This document shows, in pieces, positions 60,535 through 64,000 of a DNA stretch of 64,000 nt. The notes beneath the pieces were generated by a model that saw only the letters and a list, made by a program, of their open reading frames with translations, was not told the origin of the DNA and made no database searches. This DNA is from Bacteroidota bacterium (lineage in GTDB: Bacteria; Bacteroidota; Bacteroidia; Chitinophagales; Chitinophagaceae). Numbering within the stretch: position 1 is the stretch's first letter; the number at the start of each line of letters is the position of its first letter. The DNA lies in the NCBI GenBank assembly GCA_013285855.1, contig JABDGW010000003.1, forward strand, positions 16,810 to 80,809. Direction: 5' to 3'. A program made the position numbers and the translations under genes.

Positions 60535-61554
60535 TTAATTTAAAGCCAGTTCAACTTCAGGCAATTTTCTTGCATTGATATTTTTTACGTTTTCAGCGAT
60601 CGCTCTAATATGATCGGGTGTTGTGCCGCAACAACCGCCAACAATATTTACAAAACCTTCCTTTGCCCAATCTTCTATAAAATGTGCGGTTTCATGTGGT
60701 TGCTCATCGTATTCGCCCATTGTGTTAGGTAAACCTGCGTTTGGATATGCAGAAACATAGCATGTTGCAATTTGTGATAACTCTTCAATATGCGGCCGCA
60801 TTTCTTTGGCACCCAGCGCACAATTTAAACCAATACTTAATGGCTTTGCATGAACAACTGAATTGTAAAAAGCTTCCAATGTTTGTCCACTTAATGTTCT
60901 TCCACTTGCATCTGTGATTGTTCCGCTGATCATAATTGGCAATGATTCTTTTTTTACATCACGGAAATATTTTTTTATAGCGAAGATGGCTGCCTTTGCA
61001 TTTAGCGTGTCAAAGATGGTCTCAATAATTAATAAATCAACACCACCTTCAGCAAGGCCTTTTACCTGTTCATAATAGGCTTCCACAGCTTCGTCAAAAG
61101 TTAATGCGCGATAACCCGGATTATTTACATCAGGAGATAAGGATAAAGTTTTATTCATTGGGCCTATTGCACCGGCAACAAAACGGTTAACCGTTGACGG
61201 TTGACCGTTAACCGAGAATTCCTTTATTGCAGTGCGAGCTATTTTAGCAGCTTCAAGATTAATCTCATACGCCAATGATTGCATATTATAATCTGCAAGT
61301 GATATACGCTGTGCATTGAAGGTGTTTGTTTCAATAATATCTGCACCGGCTTCCAGGTATTGCCTGTGAATTTCTTTAATGATATGTGGCTGTGTTAAGC
61401 ACAACAAATCATTATTGCCTTTTATATCTGATGGCCAATCTTTAAAGCGCTCTCCACGGTAATCTGATTCTGATAATTTGTAACGCTGAATCATTGTGCC
61501 CATTGCGCCATCAATAATTAAAATGCGTTCATTTAAAAGTTCTTTAATGTTCAT
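60535..61554 (-). CDS. Homocysteine S-methyltransferase domain (split MetH, N-terminal part)
   Basis: [39 protein letters not shown]; ATG at 61554. Confidence 0.95.
   Translation of the reverse strand: MNIKELLNERILIIDGAMGTMIQRYKLSESDYRGERFKDWPSDIKGNNDLLCLTQPHIIKEIHRQYLEAGADIIETNTFNAQRISLADYNMQSLAYEINLEAAKIARTAIKEFSVNGQPSTVNRFVAGAIGPMNKTLSLSPDVNNPGYRALTFDEAVEAYYEQVKGLAEGGVDLLIIETIFDTLNAKAAIFAIKKYFRDVKKESLPIMISGTITDASGRTLSGQTLEAFYNSVVHAKPLSIGLNCALGAKEMRPHIEELSQIATCYVSAYPNAGLPNTMGEYDEQPHETAHFIEDWAKEGFVNIVGGCCGTTPDHIRAIAENVKNINARKLPEVELALN
61184..61214. repeat. Heptamer array in frame within MetH N-terminal gene
   Basis: CGGTTAA CCGTTGA CGGTTGA CCGTTAA, encoding [11 protein letters not shown]. 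Confidence 0.75.
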
Positions 61555-61597
61555 AATACTGATTTGAATTTGAAACCATAGCTGCACGTTGCATCAA

Positions 61598-61652
61598 CTG
61601 TACAAGGGAGTGACACAACGAAGATGAGAAGTGTTCCGTAGCCGGTTACATA
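61598..61652 (-). repeat. Dispersed element copy D in the metH leader
   Basis: Minus strand TATGTAACCGGC-N17-CTTCGTTGTGTCACTCCCTTGTACAG; core at 61599-61623. Confidence 0.8.
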
Positions 61653-61897
61653 TTATTCATTGCGATTATAAACGTAGGGAAACTTGAAGTGAAAGTTTGT
61701 GCGTTTATTAGTTCTGAACAATAAGGCCGAACAATAAACAAATCCGCCTGTGGTGCAAAAGTAAAATAAGATACCATTATAAACAAACAGATTAAATTTT
61801 AAATGCAGCGATAAAAAAAGTGTATAAATATTTTTAACAGCACTATAGAAGTATAAAAAAATTATTTTAAGATTTTTGCGGCTTTTAAAATTGAAGC

Positions 61898-62830
61898 ATG
61901 AGAAATTGTTTTTTTTTATTTGTTTTAACAACATCAATTGCAACTGCACAGGATTCAACAATAAAGATTTTAAAAACAGAAGCAAACCGAACGATAGCAA
62001 AAACAGTTCCGGATACCGTTAAACAAAACTGGGTTAAAGGCGGTGTTTTTAACCTGAATATTGCCCAGGGTTCTTTGAAAGACTGGGCTGCAGGCGGCGA
62101 TAATTTTTCGCTCTCAATGAATATATACACAAATGGACATGCATACTATACAAAAGGGAAAGTAACCTGGGATAATAATGTTGATATTTATATGGGTTAC
62201 ATTCATACAACAAGTTTAGGTACACGTAAAACTGATGACAGGTTTGATTTTTTATCTAAATACGGCTATGATTTAGGCTCAAAAATTTCCGCTACTGCTT
62301 TATTTGATCTGCGCACGCAGTTTTTTGACGGGTATACATATTCCGAGTCTGGTATGCCTTCATTTTCTTCTACAGCTTTTTCGCCTGCGTATGCTTTATT
62401 AAGTCCTGGATTTGATTACAAGCCAATAAAACCTCTTTCAATTTTTGTATCACCAATATCTTCGCGCTGGGTAATCGTTAGTAATCCAACTCTTTCAAAA
62501 ATTGGTGCTTATGGGGTTGATTCCGGTAACCATTATATTAATCAGTTAGGAGCTTTCGGCACTATTATTTTCAATTCAAATTTTACTAAAACCATAACCT
62601 TTAATTCAAGAATGGATTTGTTTTCCAACTATGAACATAATCCTTTTAATGTGGATGTGTACATGACCAATTTTTTTGCAGCAAAAATTGGTAAAATATT
62701 TTCTGCAACATGGAATGTAGATCTTATTTATGATGATGACACAAAGTTATTCGGCCCCGATCATAATTCGCCGCGGCTGCAAATAAAATCTCTTATAGGT
62801 ATTGGTTTTTTGTTAAAGCTTGGCATGTAA
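61898..62830 (+). CDS. DUF3078-like outer-membrane protein
   Basis: Signal peptide; W..GG...Q....WAAGG, RKTDD....SKYG, TQF..GY, YDDD motifs. Confidence 0.85.
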   Translation: MRNCFFLFVLTTSIATAQDSTIKILKTEANRTIAKTVPDTVKQNWVKGGVFNLNIAQGSLKDWAAGGDNFSLSMNIYTNGHAYYTKGKVTWDNNVDIYMGYIHTTSLGTRKTDDRFDFLSKYGYDLGSKISATALFDLRTQFFDGYTYSESGMPSFSSTAFSPAYALLSPGFDYKPIKPLSIFVSPISSRWVIVSNPTLSKIGAYGVDSGNHYINQLGAFGTIIFNSNFTKTITFNSRMDLFSNYEHNPFNVDVYMTNFFAAKIGKIFSATWNVDLIYDDDTKLFGPDHNSPRLQIKSLIGIGFLLKLGM

Positions 62831-62864
62831 AATAAATTGTTTTATCTTTCAATAAGAATTTGTT

Positions 62865-63920
62865 ATGCATAATGTGCTAAACCTATACCACCTGCACCAG
62901 GGTGAATACACTACGGGAAATTATGGTAATGGATTAATCAATACCACATGGATTATTACTGATAAACATCAGAAATATATTCTTCAAAGAATAAACAGGA
63001 AAGTATTTGCTGATCCTGAGCTGATTGATGAAAATATACAAACGCTTCATGAGCATTTACTTGAATATAGAACGGATCACAGTATTATAATGCCATTAGT
63101 ATCGCAAACGGGCAAAACCATGGTTTCCTGTGAAAATGAATACTACAGGTTGTTTAAATTTATTCCTTCACGCACTTATTTGGTGGCAACAAGTGCTGAT
63201 GTTGCGTTTGAAGCGGCAAAGCAATTTGGAAAATTTACAAAAAGCTTATCAAATTTTAATACAGATGAATTATATGAACCTATTCCGCATTTTCATGATC
63301 TGAATCTTCGTTATACTCAGTTTTTACAGGCAATAAAATCTGGTGATAAAAATAGAATTCATAAGGCGGAAAAAATAATTGAGTCACTCAAAGGCCATAA
63401 AATTATTGTTGATGCGTATAATGATATTATTCAAAACCCATCGTTTAAAAAAAGGGTAACTCACCATGATACTAAAATAAGCAATGTATTGTTTGATGAA
63501 GACAATAAAGGAATTGCTGTTATTGACCTGGATACTACAATGCCCGGCTATTTTATAAGTGATGTTGGTGATATGCTGCGCACTTATCTTGCTGCTGTAA
63601 GCGAAGAAGAAATAAATTTTGATTTAATAGAAATAAGAGACGAATATTTTAAAGCGATTGCGCAGGGTTATTTAAGTGAGATGAAAGAAGAACTATCTGC
63701 TGAAGAAGTAAATGCTTTTGTATATGCAGGAAAATTTATGATTTATATGCAGGCTTTACGCTTTATAACAGATTATTTAAACAACGATATTTATTACGCC
63801 GCAAAATACCCGGAACATAATTATAACCGTGCACAAAACCAGCTGCGTTTATTGGAATGTTTAATTGAAAAAGAAGAACAATATAATTTATTGGTACAAC
63901 AAATAGCATCTGAATTTTGA
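62865..63920 (+). CDS. Aminoglycoside phosphotransferase-fold kinase (N-acetylhexosamine kinase-like)
   Basis: GNGLINTT, YILQRIN, RVTHHDTKISNVLF, VIDLDT.MPG, MQALRF.TDYL..D.YY. Confidence 0.85.
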   Translation: MHNVLNLYHLHQGEYTTGNYGNGLINTTWIITDKHQKYILQRINRKVFADPELIDENIQTLHEHLLEYRTDHSIIMPLVSQTGKTMVSCENEYYRLFKFIPSRTYLVATSADVAFEAAKQFGKFTKSLSNFNTDELYEPIPHFHDLNLRYTQFLQAIKSGDKNRIHKAEKIIESLKGHKIIVDAYNDIIQNPSFKKRVTHHDTKISNVLFDEDNKGIAVIDLDTTMPGYFISDVGDMLRTYLAAVSEEEINFDLIEIRDEYFKAIAQGYLSEMKEELSAEEVNAFVYAGKFMIYMQALRFITDYLNNDIYYAAKYPEHNYNRAQNQLRLLECLIEKEEQYNLLVQQIASEF

Positions 63921-63956
63921 AATTACAAATTCAGTTGATAATTGACTTGTGTTTGT

Positions 63957-64000
63957 TTACAGCGTTGCCATATCTATTACAAACCTGTATTTTACATCGC
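63957..64000 (-). CDS. C-terminus of an NAD(P)-dependent zinc alcohol dehydrogenase (YahK/AdhC-like), truncated by window edge
   Basis: Minus strand reads DVKYRFVIDMATL*, the characteristic C-terminus of this family. Confidence 0.75.
   Translation of the reverse strand, partial: DVKYRFVIDMATL

Noticed and set aside
57818-61554. metH split into two ORFs, a possible pseudogene or frameshift
   Set aside because: The break falls at the domain boundary with a clean stop and new start 5 nt apart; split MetH is common in Bacteroidota.
62865-63920. APH-fold protein as an aminoglycoside resistance gene
   Set aside because: Motif pattern fits the widespread sugar-kinase-like subgroup; there is no mobile context.

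Overview
AT-rich bacterial chromosome segment that looks like Bacteroidota, probably Chitinophagaceae: TAnnTTTG promoter elements, a T9SS cargo protein, split metH and many lipoproteins. It is mostly housekeeping genes (rbfA, coaX, rpoN, glpK, panB, ppk1, map, gyrB, recN, rpmH, recO, prfA, ribF, purM, recX, metH) with small accessory blocks. Highlights: (1) a four-gene operon at 202-4281 (membrane-anchored leader ending in QPP, Cys/His-capped outer-membrane barrel, vanadium-haloperoxidase-like lipoprotein, internally duplicated DoxX-like membrane protein) divergent from a MerA/RclA-like flavoprotein reductase; (2) a ~1.3 kb ice-binding-protein islet bounded by a 48-bp duplication of the gtrA 3' end; (3) a non-palindromic ~55-70 bp dispersed element in four copies, one carrying an inserted hairpin; (4) heptamer arrays and REP-like elements, some in frame inside ribF, metH and purM; (5) a zinc-ribbon membrane protein / zinc-ribbon CPBP protease pair; (6) a vapBC-type locus and an orphan phage-like gene. 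I saw no tRNA, rRNA, CRISPR array, integrase or transposase. All product calls come from motif recognition by eye, not database searches.
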